Shown piece by piece: positions 43,851 through 57,602 of a DNA stretch of 64,000 bases. Origin of the DNA: Macrostomum lignano (Eukaryota); assembly GCA_002269645.1 (NCBI GenBank), contig NIVC01001069.1, forward strand, positions 302,095-366,094, read 5' to 3'. The notes beneath the pieces were generated by a model that was not told the DNA's origin, ran no database searches, and saw nothing but the letters and a program-made list of their open reading frames with translations. Position numbers and translations under genes: made by a program. The number at the start of each line of letters is the position of its first letter. Positions within the stretch are counted from its first letter, which is position 1.

Positions 43851-44899
43851 CTGCATGCGACTATCAATCAGAATTGCTTTGTTGTTATCCAGCCCTCTAT
43901 AGCGAATTTCCAATTCAAGGAAAGCCAATGAGTAACCATCTCATAAATCTCAGATTCCCAAACTGTCTTTTATAATCCAATTTAAGCGAATGCATCTGGC
44001 CAATCCGTTTGTTTGCTAAAGAAATCCAGCCGCCACAGACAGTTCACAAATACTGGAATGGGTTCTGGCTGTCTGGCGTCTCAGAGAAGGCAGACTTTGC
44101 TGCTGCGAGATCTTCTAATAGGAAAGCCGGGGCTGACTCATTCGCCAATTTTTATTCCCCCTCTTCCCAATCTCCCGCCTCCCGTTTCTCCCCATCCCCA
44201 AGTGACCCATCCGTCTGCTGGTCAGCCGCGCAACTCCCCCCCCTTTGCCGGTCTCATTAAAGCTATTCCATTATTCCCGACGAAAAAAGGCTCGAGTGCC
44301 CACGGCTCGAACACGTACGGGAGGCTCTCTTAGGCTATAATCCCTCTAGAGGAGAGACAGGCCCATGCCAGAGTGAGCAGCTCGATTTGCACCGGGATTA
44401 GATGCCCCCTTCCCCCCTGACCATCTCCAGAGTTCGAGAGTAGAGCTGCAATTTTTCCCTATCTAGTTGCTAACCAAATTTGGTAAGGGGAGTTTTTTAT
44501 TGACACAATCGGCGTTGAGGATTGCAGACTTGATTCTTTCGGGAAGTCTCATAGTTTGCCCCGTGTTTTCCAGGTAGGCAGCAAAGCCTGTCGATTTTCA
44601 TCTCTGCCATTCAATATTTGCTGAAGGCTCAGGGTTGTTTCAATAATAGGGTCTTTGTCGGCGTATTTTTTTTGTCTGAATTCAATTTTTGTTTAAATAA
44701 ATCCGCATTTGAACCCCAGTCCCTGATGCGGCTCCCGTGTCAAAGCACTGACTTGGAGCAATCGGGAGGTCAGTGTGTCACGGTTCAGGCGAATGGTTAC
44801 GAGGGTTGCGTAATATTTTATTGAAGGATAGAGCAACAAAGAGCAGAATTCAGTCAGAGAAAACAAAGACTCTATTCAAGTTGACACAGATTAAAATAT

Positions 44900-46050
44900 T
44901 TAAGTCCCACACTGAAGTCCCACACCGAAGTCCCACACTGGAGTCCCACGCCGAAGTCCCACACTTGATTCCCACACGGAAGTGCCACACTGAAGTCCTA
45001 CACTGGAGTCCCACACTGAAATCCCACACCAAAGTCCTTTACTGGAGTCCCACATTGGAGTCCCACACTGGATTCCACACTGGATTCCCACACTGGAGTC
45101 CCACACTGAAGTCCCACACTGAAGTCCCACATTGGATCCCATACTGGAGTCCCACACTGGAGTCCCACATTGGATCCCTACACTGAAGTCTCACACTGGA
45201 GTCCCACATTGGATCCCACACTGGATCCCTCACTGGAATCCCACACTGGATCCCACACTGGAGTCCCACACTGAATCCCACACTGGAGTCCCACACTGGA
45301 TCCCACACTGGAGTCCCACACTGAAGTCCCACACTGGATCCCACACTGGAGTCCCACACTGGATCCCACACTGGAGTCCCACATTGGATCCCACACTGGA
45401 GTCCCACATTGGATCCAACACTGGAGTCCCACATTGGATCCAACACTGGAGTCCCACACTGGAGTCCCACATTAGATCCAACACTGGAGTCCCACACTGG
45501 ATCCCACACTGGAGTCCCTCATTGGATCCCACACTGGAGTCCCACACTGGATCCCACACTGGAGTCCCTCATTGGATCCCACACTGGAATCCCACACTGG
45601 AGTTCCGCACTGGATCCCACATTGAAGTCCCACACTGGATCCCACACTGAAGTCTCACACTGGAGTCCCACACTGGATCCCACACTGGAGTCCCACATTG
45701 GATCCAACACTGGAGTCCCACAATGGATCCCACACTGGAGTCCCACATTGGATCCCACACTGGAGTCCCACACTGAAGTCCCACACTGTAGTCCCACATT
45801 GGATCCCACACTGGAGTCCCACATTGGATCCAACACTGGAGTCCCACATTGGATCCAACACTGGAGTCCCACATTGGATCCAACACTGGAGTCCCACATT
45901 GGATCCAACACTGGAGTCCCACATTGGATCCAACACTGGAGTCCCACATTGGAGTCCCACATTGGATCCAACATTGGAGTCCCACACTGAAGTCCCACAC
46001 TGTAGTCCCACATTGGATCCCACACTGGAGTCCCACACTGGATCCAACAC
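44900..46050. repeat. 12/13-bp composite minisatellite (ggatcccacact / ggagtcccacact)
   Basis: Direct inspection. Confidence 0.94.
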
Positions 46051-46599
46051 ACAAAGTAACTTTGAAATACTCGAAGAAAATGCTTATAAAGCATGAAGCG
46101 CAGCTGCAAGTACCGAGCTGACATTTTTCAACACAGCGCAGTTTCATATTTTCTTCCCAGAAAATCTGCTTACATTCTGGCCTGATAGCAAAGCGGTTAA
46201 AGATTTTCTTGTTGCAAAAATTCAACCCAGCATGCGTAGAATTCGACTGTAGATGATAACAGCCTCTCGTATCCGACAGCGAACCCGACCTACCTGCACT
46301 TTGATTGATCTATTTGGTTGCTGGGTGGGCAAATCCTTGCTGATCGTCTGTCAGTTTTGAAGTTTTAGTGTCAGTATTGGTGGTGATTAATTACTATGTT
46401 TAATAAAATTTAAACTAGATGTTCAAGAGATAAAATCTATGATATTTTCGTGGTCTTTTCAGTGTCGTCCTTAAGTCTATTGTCACCGATATGAACACTG
46501 AACTTGATAGTTTTAAGAGTGCATCTAAACACAATCTAGTTGAATCCAAAATTTGATTGCAATCCTCTAGATTCGACCATAGTCCCGTAGATCAGCTCA

Positions 46600-47120
46600 T
46601 AGTGCCGTGGATCTCTGATAGTGCCGTAGTTCTGCTCATATTCCCATAGATATGCTCATATTCCCGTAGATCTGCTCATATTCCCGTAGATCTGCTCATA
46701 TTCCCGTAGATCTGCTCATATTCCCGTAGATCCGCTCATAGTCCTGTAGATCTGCTCATACTCCCATAGATCTGCTCAGTCCTGTAGACCTGCTCATATT
46801 CCTGTAGATATATTTAAATTCAAATTCCCGTAGATCTGCTCATATTTCCCTTGGATTTGCTCATAATCCTGTAGATCTGCTCATATTCCCGTAGATCCGC
46901 TCATAGTCCTGTAGATCTGTTTAAATTCAAATTCCCATACCTAGATCTGCTCAGACTCCAATAGATCTGCTCATATTCCCGTAGATCTGCTCATACTCCC
47001 ATAGATCTGCTCATACTCCCATAGATCTGCTCAGTCCTGTAGACCTGCTCATATTCCTGTAGATATATTTAAATTCAAATTCCTGTAGATCTGCTCATAG
47101 TCCCGTAAATCTGCTCATAG
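46600..47120. repeat. 20-bp minisatellite (cccgtagatctgctcatatt)
   Basis: Direct inspection. Confidence 0.88.
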
Positions 47121-49074
47121 CCATTTTATTCTTCTTATTCTTCATTTGCTTTTTCAATTTATTCATGGTTGAGCCAGTGGCTTATCTTGAATCAAGGTCA
47201 CAGATACAAACTTCACCAGGCGTCGGTCGGGAATGTTTCTGAAGAACGTGTGAGAAAAGGCGGCGCAGTTTGCGACTTGTTGACTCTAACCTCACACCCT
47301 CACACCCGACGTGGCGTGCCCCACCTGTCAGTCAGCCACAGCCGACAGTAAACTCGCACGAACCCCCGATATCAACGCCAATACTGGGTGGGTCTCGTCT
47401 CTATGCATGAAAGGCTTTTTGAACTTGTTCGTAGGTTTCGGCTTCTTAGTTACCAGTCCGTCTGCCTGCCGCCGACGAGTAAAGGGGTGGAAGGAATGAA
47501 TGCAGGTTCTGCTCTTGGATTGGCTCAAGGACGCCCAAGAACCAGAGTCTGGAGAGACAGCTCCTCCATCCTAAACCTACTTCCCCTTGTCATACAACTG
47601 TAGGCTGATTGCAGTGCTTCTACCCGAAGTAAAAAACCCGGAGCCTAAATTTGTCTGAAAATGGGTGCTTTGAGGTCGGGGAGAGGTGCCACTCCAGGCT
47701 CTGGTTCTTGGACTCCTTGGTTGGTTCGATTTAAGCCAAACTCTGGCACTGACTGGCAGGCAGCTCATAAACTTTGGGGTGGGGAGGGAATGAGATAACA
47801 GATGAGGCTGTGAGTCACACGTAGAAAACTCTACCACTGGTTTCTGCTGGGGCAATAAAAATAACAAAAATGTGCGAAGACACAACTGCCAGCTATTGTA
47901 GCTCGTAATATCTCAAATCTGTCGCTGAGTGACGACTGACTGACTGACTTGTAGGGAGAGCGCATGGAGGAGACCAAGGACTACTAGGTAGTAATCTAGC
48001 TGCTGTTTTGTTGCCTGGACTATCTGAAAAGAAAATACCTCAGGTGCTAAAATAGTTTGTACGTTGCCGAGATTCATCCGAAATCAAACAGCAATTACTC
48101 TTTTAATCTCTCTGCTGTCCTGTACGGATTCACAAAGACTATATAAATTCTATATTTACTCTGCAAGCCATGATGCCCGATTAGCTCAAACAAAGAGGAT
48201 TGCCCTGTCTGTTTGCTTTAAAAGGGCCAGCATCCTTCTATCCTCTAATTTTCGATTCTTTTCGCCACCGATGCAATCTGTGGCCGTGGACAGCGGCTTC
48301 TGTCGCCTTGGCTCGCTTGTGCGCCTCCGTATCAATCACCGCATTCAGTCGAGCGGGCGGTGTCTCATCTCCATGTCCATAGCGATGACTAAGAGGCCTT
48401 ACTGAGAAATCCCCGTTTGGTGAACCGCGAGGAGCACGGAGATATGGAAGGCACAGAGATCGGCAATTATGGTGTCGCAGCCAATTTCATTGCATTTCGG
48501 AGATGCTATCTTGCTAGCGGATCAGAAGCATGGAGCTCGATCTCGGGTGCTTCCGATGGTATATTATCCCGGAGAGAAGGAGAGGAGAGCCATGGGGATC
48601 TAGGGAATATCACGGAACAGCGGGCGCAAGCTACGATCGGTAATAATAAATCAACACAGCTCAGCTAGAGCCTCGAAGCCGATCGTAGTCTCTGCTCGAG
48701 CATTAAAAACTGAGCAGTGTTTTACGACTATTGCTGCAAAGCTGCTCGTATTGTGTCATTACCCACCCCTCATCCCCCAACCTGGCCTGTCCCATTGCAA
48801 TGACCGGATTTGACTGGGGGGCGGGCTGAGTGAGCGAATCCCGATGGATAAAAAAATATCAGATATCAGCAACATGGGATTTAGAACATGCTAACGCGTC
48901 AAGTGTGGTATTACGGTTTTTCAGAAATCTTCACTAGAGAGAAATACCGACGTAAAGTCAAATGGAGTACCTGCGACACTTTGTCTTTGTCTTTTAACTG
49001 TTATAAAGAAAAAAAGAGAAAAAATAGTCGAAAGGTCGAAGTCAGCATTAGTCATTAGTGGCTTCAAAAAAGTC

Positions 49075-50570
49075 AAGTGCCTTAGGCAGTGTCATCTAGA
49101 CCACAGTAACCTCAAGCAGTGTCACCTAGACCTCAGTGACCTCAAGCAGTGTCACCTAGCCCTCAGTAACCTCAAGCAGTGTCACCTAGACCTCAGTGAC
49201 CTCAAGCAGTGTCATCTAGCCCTCAGTAACCTCAAGCAGTGTCACCTAGACCTCAGTGACCTCAAGCAGTGTCACCTAGACCTCAGTGACCTCAAGCAGT
49301 GTCATCTAGACCTCAGTAACCTCAAGCAGTGTCATCTAGACTTCAGTAACCTCAAGCAGTGTCACCTAGACCTCAGTGACCTCAAGCAGTGTCATCTAGA
49401 CCTCAGTGACCTCAAGCAGTGTCATCTAGACCTCAGTAACCTCAAGCAGTGTCATCTAGACCTCAGTAACCTCAAACAGTGTCACCTAGACCTCAGTGAC
49501 CTCAAGCAGTGTCATCTAGACCTCAGTGACCTCAAGCAGTGTCACCTAGACCTCAGTGACCTCAAGCAGTGTCATCTAGACTTCAGTAACCTCAAGCAGT
49601 GTCACCTAGACCTCAGTGACCTCAAGCAGTGTCACCTAGACCTCAGTGACCTCAAGCAGTGTCATCTAGACCTCAGTAACCTCAAGCAGTGTCACCTAGA
49701 CCTCAGTGACCTCAAGCAGTGTCATCTAGACCTCAGTGACCTCAAGCAGTGTCACCTAGACCTCAGTGACCTCAAGCAGTGTCATCTAGACTTCAGTAAC
49801 CTCAAGCAGTGTCACCTAGACCTCAGTGACCTCAAGCAGTGTCATCTAGACTTCAGTAACCTCAAGCAGTGTCACCTAGACCTCAGTGACCTCAAGCAGT
49901 GTCATCTAGACTTCAGTAACCTCAAGCAGTGTCACCTAGACCTCAGTGACCTCAAGCAGTGTCATCTAGACCTCAGTGACCTCAAGCAGTGTCATCTAGA
50001 CCTCAGTAACCTCAAGCAGTGTCACCTAGACCTCAGTGACCTCAAGCAGTGTCACCTAGACCTCAGTGACCTCAAGCATCTAGACCTCAGTAACCTCAAG
50101 CAGTGTCATCTAGACCTCAGTAACCTCAAGCAGTGTCAACTAGACCCCAGTAACCTCTCCAGCAGTGTCAACTAGACCCCAGTAACCTCTCCAGCAGTGT
50201 CAACTAGACCCCAGTAACCTCTCCAGCAGTGTCAACTAGACCCCAGTAACCTCTCCAGCAGTGTCAACTAGACCCCAGTAACCTCTCCAGTAGTGTCAAC
50301 TAGACCTCAGTGACCTCAAGCAGTGTCATCTAGACCTCAGTAACCTCAAGCAGTGTCACCTAGACCTCAGTGACCTCAAGCAGTGTCATCTAGACCTCAG
50401 TGACCTCAAGCATCTAGACCTCAGTAACCTCAAGCAGTGTCACCTAGACCTCAGTGACCTCAAGCAGTGTCATCTAGACCTCAGTAACCTCAAGCAGTGT
50501 CAACTAGACCCCAGTAACCTCTCCAGCAGTGTCAACTAGAACCCAGTAACGTCTCCAGCAGTGTCAAATA
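49075..50570. repeat. 30-bp minisatellite (ctcaagcagtgtcacctagacctcagtgac), ~1.5 kb
   Basis: Direct inspection. Confidence 0.96.
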
Positions 50571-51077
50571 GACCACAATGTCCCATGTGGGGTCATTTCA
50601 CGTGAATTTTTAACACAAAATTCCAAATTTATAAATTTTGAGCAGCAATCAATTCCAAGTCAGCGCAAAAACTACTCTAGCTAATTCGATTTTCCGGAAT
50701 CTGTACTTAAATTTGCTGCGTTGCCTAAATTTCATAAAGTTAGCCACATCAATCTTGTTGAAGCGCAACACATGCAACTGTTGAAGCCTCTAGCGAGGGC
50801 CTCAAAGTGTGCTGGATTGTGCACCAAAGAAAGAGAGCCAAGGTTGGCCCAGGGTCCCAGCCAATCCGCTGGCAGCGTCTGCCTCACGCCCAGGTCCTGA
50901 GACTGCGCAGCCAACAGACAGACGGGAGCGAGAGAGAAAAGAATAGTATATACCCGCGAGAATCAGCGCGTCTTTACCAATTCTTAATCTCTCCTCACTG
51001 TAGGATATGCCAAGAATTCGCTAAGGATGCCTTCACCATTGAGCCACCGTCGTAAAGGACGGCGACTTCATGCCGCG

Positions 51078-52253
51078 ATGCAGCACGGCTGCTTCCTCTA
51101 CCTGTTGCTGATGGTCGTCATGGCAACACTGTCATTGGCTAAACCTCCGTGCCCGGCTCAGATGCCATGCCAGTGTACAGATAAGCGCCTCAAGTGCGTC
51201 CAACAGGAGCCACAACCGCCAGTGGATGGAACGAAGCCGTTGCACTACCTCTCACTTGTGCCCTACTTTGAGCCGAGCAGCCCGGAGACTCGCTGGTCCT
51301 ACGCATTTCACGAATTGCGCATCCGCAACCAGGCCATGACTAACCTCAGCTTGGCCTACGCCTGGGGCTCTCTCAGCCTGAGCCGCGTGGAGGTGACCAA
51401 CTCGCTGGTGCGTCGGCTGGCTCCAGGCGCGTTCCACGGCCTGACGGGCGTTAAATCGCTCAACCTGTCGCACAACATGCTCTCTTCGGTGGACGCCGAC
51501 GACCTCAGTGAGCTGCCAGCGCTGGAGGAGCTGGTGCTGCACAACAATCTCATTAAAACTCTGCACCCCAAAGCTCTGCTGCACAATGGTCTGGTTGCAA
51601 AGCTCTTTCTCAGTCACAATCTTCTGACCGAGGTGCCGCCGGGCTTGAAGCAGCTGACTTACCTGACTCATCTGTACTTGCAGTACAACAATATCGCTGC
51701 AATTCCTGGCCGAGCATTCGAAGGACTGACCCGGCTCATCATATTGGATATGGGCGCCCTGCGAGCCGGTCTCAGAATTGCCGACTCGGCGTTTTGCGGC
51801 CTCCAAGGCGGCCTGGCGGCGCTCTACCTGCGAGGCAACATTCTGCGCCGGCTGGACCTGTGCGCACTGGGCCAAGCGCACTCTCTGCGCGGCCTCAACC
51901 TGACAGGCAGTCTGTTCCCCTGCTCCTGCCAGGCCTTCAGCTTGGCTAACCGCACCAACTGGCAGCGGCTGTACGGTTTCGCGCCCCACTTTGTCTCTTA
52001 CGAGGCCAGCTTGCTGTCCCGTAACTGCGATCTCAACTGTAAGGACCGACCGGCACCCTGTCCGGACTACTGCGCTGTCCGAGCAGCGTCGCCTGCCTCC
52101 AGACCTGCAGCTGCCGCGGCCGCTGCTGCCGGCAGTTTCGCACTGGACTACGGCGGAAAAGGCGCGGCAGTGTCCGCAGCGTCTCGTCTGTCGGAATCTG
52201 CCGCGATTGTCGCCTCCCTACTAACCAGCTGTGTTCTTTTGCTCACTTTTTGA
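51078..52253 (+). CDS. Single-exon secreted / probably GPI-anchored leucine-rich repeat protein
   Basis: The ORF opens at 51027; the likely start is 51078 (MQHGCFLYLLLMVVMATLSLA signal peptide). LRRNT PCPAQMPCQC; LxxLxLxxN repeats (VKSLNLSHNML, LEELVLHNNLI, LFLSHNLL, LYLQYNNI, LYLRGNIL); CSC cap; Ala/Ser spacer and a terminal hydrophobic tail AAIVASLLTSCVLLLTF-stop. Confidence 0.88.
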   Translation: MQHGCFLYLLLMVVMATLSLAKPPCPAQMPCQCTDKRLKCVQQEPQPPVDGTKPLHYLSLVPYFEPSSPETRWSYAFHELRIRNQAMTNLSLAYAWGSLSLSRVEVTNSLVRRLAPGAFHGLTGVKSLNLSHNMLSSVDADDLSELPALEELVLHNNLIKTLHPKALLHNGLVAKLFLSHNLLTEVPPGLKQLTYLTHLYLQYNNIAAIPGRAFEGLTRLIILDMGALRAGLRIADSAFCGLQGGLAALYLRGNILRRLDLCALGQAHSLRGLNLTGSLFPCSCQAFSLANRTNWQRLYGFAPHFVSYEASLLSRNCDLNCKDRPAPCPDYCAVRAASPASRPAAAAAAAAGSFALDYGGKGAAVSAASRLSESAAIVASLLTSCVLLLTF

Positions 52254-54204
52254 GTCTGCTTTTTGTGTATATTTCCTGATTTATACTCGTAGATTTATAA
52301 CTGCTTTAATTTCGAGCTGCATGCTAATTTCTATGCGTTTGTTTGCTGAAGTCTCCAAGACTCTTGACTTTTGTCTTATGTTGATTGTGTAAAATTCGAA
52401 AAATTGAGCACTACATTGCTCAGACGAGCCTATACAGTGCAAGGAAAGCGACCGAGTGTTTTGGCCTAATTTTTGTACACAAAATTTTTGAAAGCCACCG
52501 AACCAGACAGCCGCTTTTTCTGCTTTTGCGCGCTTTTTCTTTGCTTAGGACTTGCTTACCTGACTTATCTTGTGCTTTGCTTGGCGACTGCCGCTGTAAA
52601 TACAGGACTTACGACTGCGTGGAGACCCAGTTTCATCGCTACGAGCGTAACTGTGAAATCAGCTGCGCTATAAAAAGCCGCACAAATTCTCTCTCTGTCT
52701 CTCAGTAAGCCATGACTGAAGCTGCAGACACCAACCAAAGAGTTAAGGCTGCACGGAGACAAGAATTCTCTTCTTTGCTCTCATCTCTTTCCTAATTTGC
52801 AAAACCGCTCGCATCAATGCTTTGCTACAGTCGGAGACTTGATAAATCATCTCGCAGTTGCCTGTATCGCTTGCATTTTACCGGAGGTGACCCTCGAGGG
52901 AGGGTGTCGGTGCAAGGCTGCAAAAAAGGCAAAATGGGGATTCTTATCCAACGAAAAAGAGTTGCTACAGTAGCAATTTTCTATGATGTGCCTTATGGGT
53001 ATCTTGTCAACAATTTGTTCAGCACTTTACAGCATCTACAGCATCTTTGCCGTTTCTTTCGCTTCGCTTTCTGGCTCCAGTGTGTTGCAGAAGAGATAAT
53101 TATACAGAAATACTGAAGTCTGCCCGAGCTGACTTGCGCTTGTGCTTCTTGGTCTACCGCTAGTCACGGCTCAGTGAGCTTCAAGAATCAAACTGCTCCC
53201 TCCGTTTGCGCTTCACCCCCAACCCGCGATGCTGACAGAAGCGCCTTTGGCGGACAATCTTACAGTACCAAACACGAATAAAGCTGTTTTTTGCTTTTGC
53301 TACCACAGAGGGCGACAATGACAGATGCATTCGATTGTCTGAGCTCTGGGGTAAGGGCAGCTAAGTTTGTGGTTGTCTCTCACACTCACACTCACTCTCT
53401 CACACTACACTCTCACACTCGCCACCCCTCCTGACTAGATGAAATTCTAGTAGACAATACATTAAAGAGCCTGTGCTATGTATGCGTTTGACTTGTGGGC
53501 ATGTCACTTGTAATAAATCACCTAGACTCCAATGTTCTCACGTTGTAGTTGTGGTAGTCATTGTTGACAGAATATAATGAAAAAACTTTTTTTCTGAAAA
53601 ATAATGAATTCTCAACTGTGTGCCGCTAAGAGGGGAGTGTGGGCAACTGTATTTCAACAATAATCTCAATTGACTATTTTTTACCCAGAAAGACCCGAAA
53701 GAGTTTGAATGTCCTAGCTTTGCTGCTGAAAGTAGCCAGTTAGAAAGTTGAATTGAGAGGCCATCTAAAAAATAGCACGCATACGAAATATTTTTTCTAA
53801 AACGACTCCTAGTTTACTGAAATTACACGGGGGGTATTTTTTGACACTCAATCATCTGCATCTGCTTTTGACCGTTGCTGCTAAAAAAGGCTACCGCTGT
53901 GGGAGAAGAGACAGGGAGACTGCTGCAGATAAACAGCGGGATAAGTTAATAATTCATACAGGGTTTCCATCCTGAAATAATCGGCGGGGGCTAATTTTTT
54001 TCGAAATCTTTTTCGTCCCTTACATCTTTGATCATTCATTGCCAGTGCACTATTTGCCTAATCTCTGTGCTCAGACGCCTGCCTGTTGATTTGGGCTAAA
54101 AATAGTCAGGGGCAGGTCGGTTGAAAATTAATAAGCAACTCTTTAAAGCCAATGAGACGTAGAGACAGAAATAACATTCTTGCCCCTTGACTTCTGACTT
54201 TCCC

Positions 54205-54705
54205 AATGTGAGCTTTGGAATCACAGCAATTCGTTATGAATTTTGACATCACAGCAATTCCCTATGAGCTTTGACATCACGGCAATTCCCTATGCATTTT
54301 TGCATCACAGCAATTCCCTATGAGTTTAGACATCACAGCAATTCCCTATGAGTTTTGACATCAGAGCAATTCCCTATGAGCTTCGGCATCACAGCAATTC
54401 CCTATGAGTTTTGACATCAGAGCAATTCCCTATGAGCTTCGGCATCACAGCAATTCCCTATGAGTTTTGACATCAGAGCAATTCCCTATGAGCTTCGGCA
54501 TCAGAGCAATTCCCTATGAGCTTCGGCATCACAGCAATTCCCTATGAGTTTTGACATCAGAGCAATTCCCTATGAGCTTCGGCATCACAGCAATTCCCTA
54601 TGATTTTTGACATCAGAGCAATTCCCTATGAGCTTCGGCATCAGAGCAATTCCCTATGAGCTTCGGCATCACACCAATTCCCTATGAGTTTAGACATCAC
54701 AGCAA
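54205..54705. repeat. 28-bp minisatellite (acagcaattccctatgagttttgacatc)
   Basis: Direct inspection. Confidence 0.93.
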
Positions 54706-54714
54706 TCACAGAAG

Positions 54715-55325
<611 letters not shown>

Positions 55326-55724
55326 CTACACTCGTAAAAATCAAAAGCTAACCAGAATCTTCTCTTCCCATTTCTACCACTTCAAACAGCTTGGGAATTT
55401 GCCATTGTGTTCACCAGATATGGGCAGTTCAATGGGAGGCGCATCTTCAAGAAAATTTTAATTCTCGACTCACGTAAGACAAATTTTAGAATCCAGGGTC
55501 TCTCTTTTAACCAAAAACAATTTCTTTTCACTGTGCGACAACATCGAAAATTGATGAAGTGATTGAAAAATGAAGCGCTAAAAATAAATTAACGGTCTTC
55601 GAAGACGGAAAACCCATGTCCAGTTGAGAAGAAAACAGCCATGATTGATATGTGCTCGCATGTAAATGGATATGTACTTTTCGAGGCAAAGAAGATGGAA
55701 AAGGCCTAACAGACGAACAAGAAG

Positions 55725-56260
55725 GCTGGCGCCCCTTGGTGCTGGCGCCCCTTGGTGCTGGCGCCCCTTGGCGCTGGCGCCCCTTGGTGCTGGCGCCCCT
55801 TGGTGCTGGCGCCCCTTGGTGCTGGCGCCCCTTGGTGCTGGCGCCCCTTGGTGCTGGCGCCCCTTGGTGCTGGCGCCCCTTGGTGCTGGCGCCCCTTGGT
55901 GCTGGCGCCCCTTGGTGCTGGCGCCCCTTGGTGCTGGCGCCCCTTGGTGCTGGCGCCCCTTGGTGCTGGCGCCCCTTGGTGCTGGCGCCCCTTGGTGCTG
56001 GCGCCCCTTGGTGCTGGCGCCCCTTGGTGCTGGCGCCCCTTGGTGCTGGCGCCCCTTGGTGCTGGCGCCCCTTGGTGCTGGCGCCCCTTGGTGCTGGCGC
56101 CCCTTGGTGCTGGCGCCCCTTGGTGCTGGCGCCCCTTGGTGCTGGCGCCCCTTGGTGCTGGCGCCCCTTGGTGCTGGCGCCCCTTGGTGCTGGCGCCCCT
56201 TGGTGCTGGCGCCCCTTGGTGCTGGCGCCCCTTGGTGCTGGCGCCCCTTGGTGCTGGCGC
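55725..56260. repeat. 16-bp near-perfect minisatellite (gctggcgccccttggt)
   Basis: Direct inspection. Confidence 0.97.
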
Positions 56261-57602
56261 TCCTCAATCCAGTTATGCAAGCGTAGTCATAGGTCATCAG
56301 AATAGTTTTCTATTATTCAGCTTCTGTTACAACAGCGCATGTGAACCCTCCGCTAATAATTGAATTTATGTAACAGTTGAAATTAAAAATATTTTACACA
56401 GACACACAAGCGTCTGTGTGATACGCAGCACTGCCCCCTCCCCTAGGGAGGGTTGGACAAATTTGACAGATCTTTGCCAACGATAAATAATGGGCTGAAA
56501 ATAAATTCTTTATGACGCGCATAGCGTTAGAAGTTCTATACTCGTAGTCAGACTGGCGATTCTCAGTGCAGAAAAATGCTGCGTGGGCCCATATGAAAAA
56601 CAGTTTTTATCAGTTCTAATCGTGCATTTCAAAGGTTTCTATAATAATCCGTTTGAAAACCAAACTTTGCCAGTAGTGCTCAAGGACTACTAAAGTATAT
56701 ACGTTGCTTTAGTTGTCCTTGGCAGCGATTGGTAGATATTTTGCACCAGTTGGAAATTTGCTTGCGTGGCACTCTTGACGCTCGTGGTCCGCTGGGGAGG
56801 GGGGTGCTTTCACAAGTAAAACTTCACTTGCGAATAGATGACATTGTGAAGGAGGTGCTTCCAATGTTGTGAAAACCCCTCCTCCGACTGGCCTGAATCA
56901 GACTAAGAGAAATGAAGGCATATAATGTGTTCAAGTACAATTATTAACCATAACAAAACAAAAAGACGTCAAAACAACATATAGCTCGCAATAAAGTCAC
57001 ATCGGAAAGAATCAGTTGTCGGGGACCATAGCTTGATGCATGCAGAATATTTTTATCAGCACAACTTTATCAAATTTAATTTGGTAAAAACGCGTCTTCC
57101 GATTCAGCGTCCAGGTAGATGCGAGTCGCTCATTTGCTAAACTGTGCGTGAACCATTGAATCCTATTATAAAATCAAGAAGATTGTAACTGTACGTGCCT
57201 AGAATGCTGTTCGGCCCAAATGTTTATCTTACTGTCCGTCGCGTGCCCTCCCGCTCTTATCATGCGTGCACCGACCTGAAGTCTGCGCAGTAATCTGTAC
57301 GTCTGATGTGGTTCTAAACAAGCACCCAACTTGGGGCTATAAGACTGGCTGAGGACTGCTGCTTCGCTTGAATGCTAAAACTAACCCTATTTATTTGGGT
57401 AAGTTGATACATTCGCTGCGTGAACAAGCTTTGTAAACAGATTTCAAATCCAGGGCAGCCGTTTAAAAATTGTTTCATTCTCCGGTCGTTCGATGCACAT
57501 TTAAACTGCTGCGCCTTGTAAATCTTGATTTCTGCACACAAGTCTTGTATTAAAAGGTTTACCTAAACTTATTTTCAGACAACTCGCGAAAAGCTCTGAT
57601 TA

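Noticed and set aside
47170-48400. Possible restriction-like-endonuclease LINE 3' remnant (KRIALSVCFKRASIL)
   Set aside because: Resemblance is too weak; no clear CCHC or PD..D motif.
49075-50570. CRISPR-like appearance of 30-bp and 28-bp regular repeats
   Set aside because: Units are head-to-tail with no unique spacers, there are no cas genes, and the context is eukaryotic.
51252-51989. 245-aa antisense ORF over the LRR gene, and similar antisense ORFs over other exons
   Set aside because: Shadow ORFs expected from GC-rich codon usage; no motifs.
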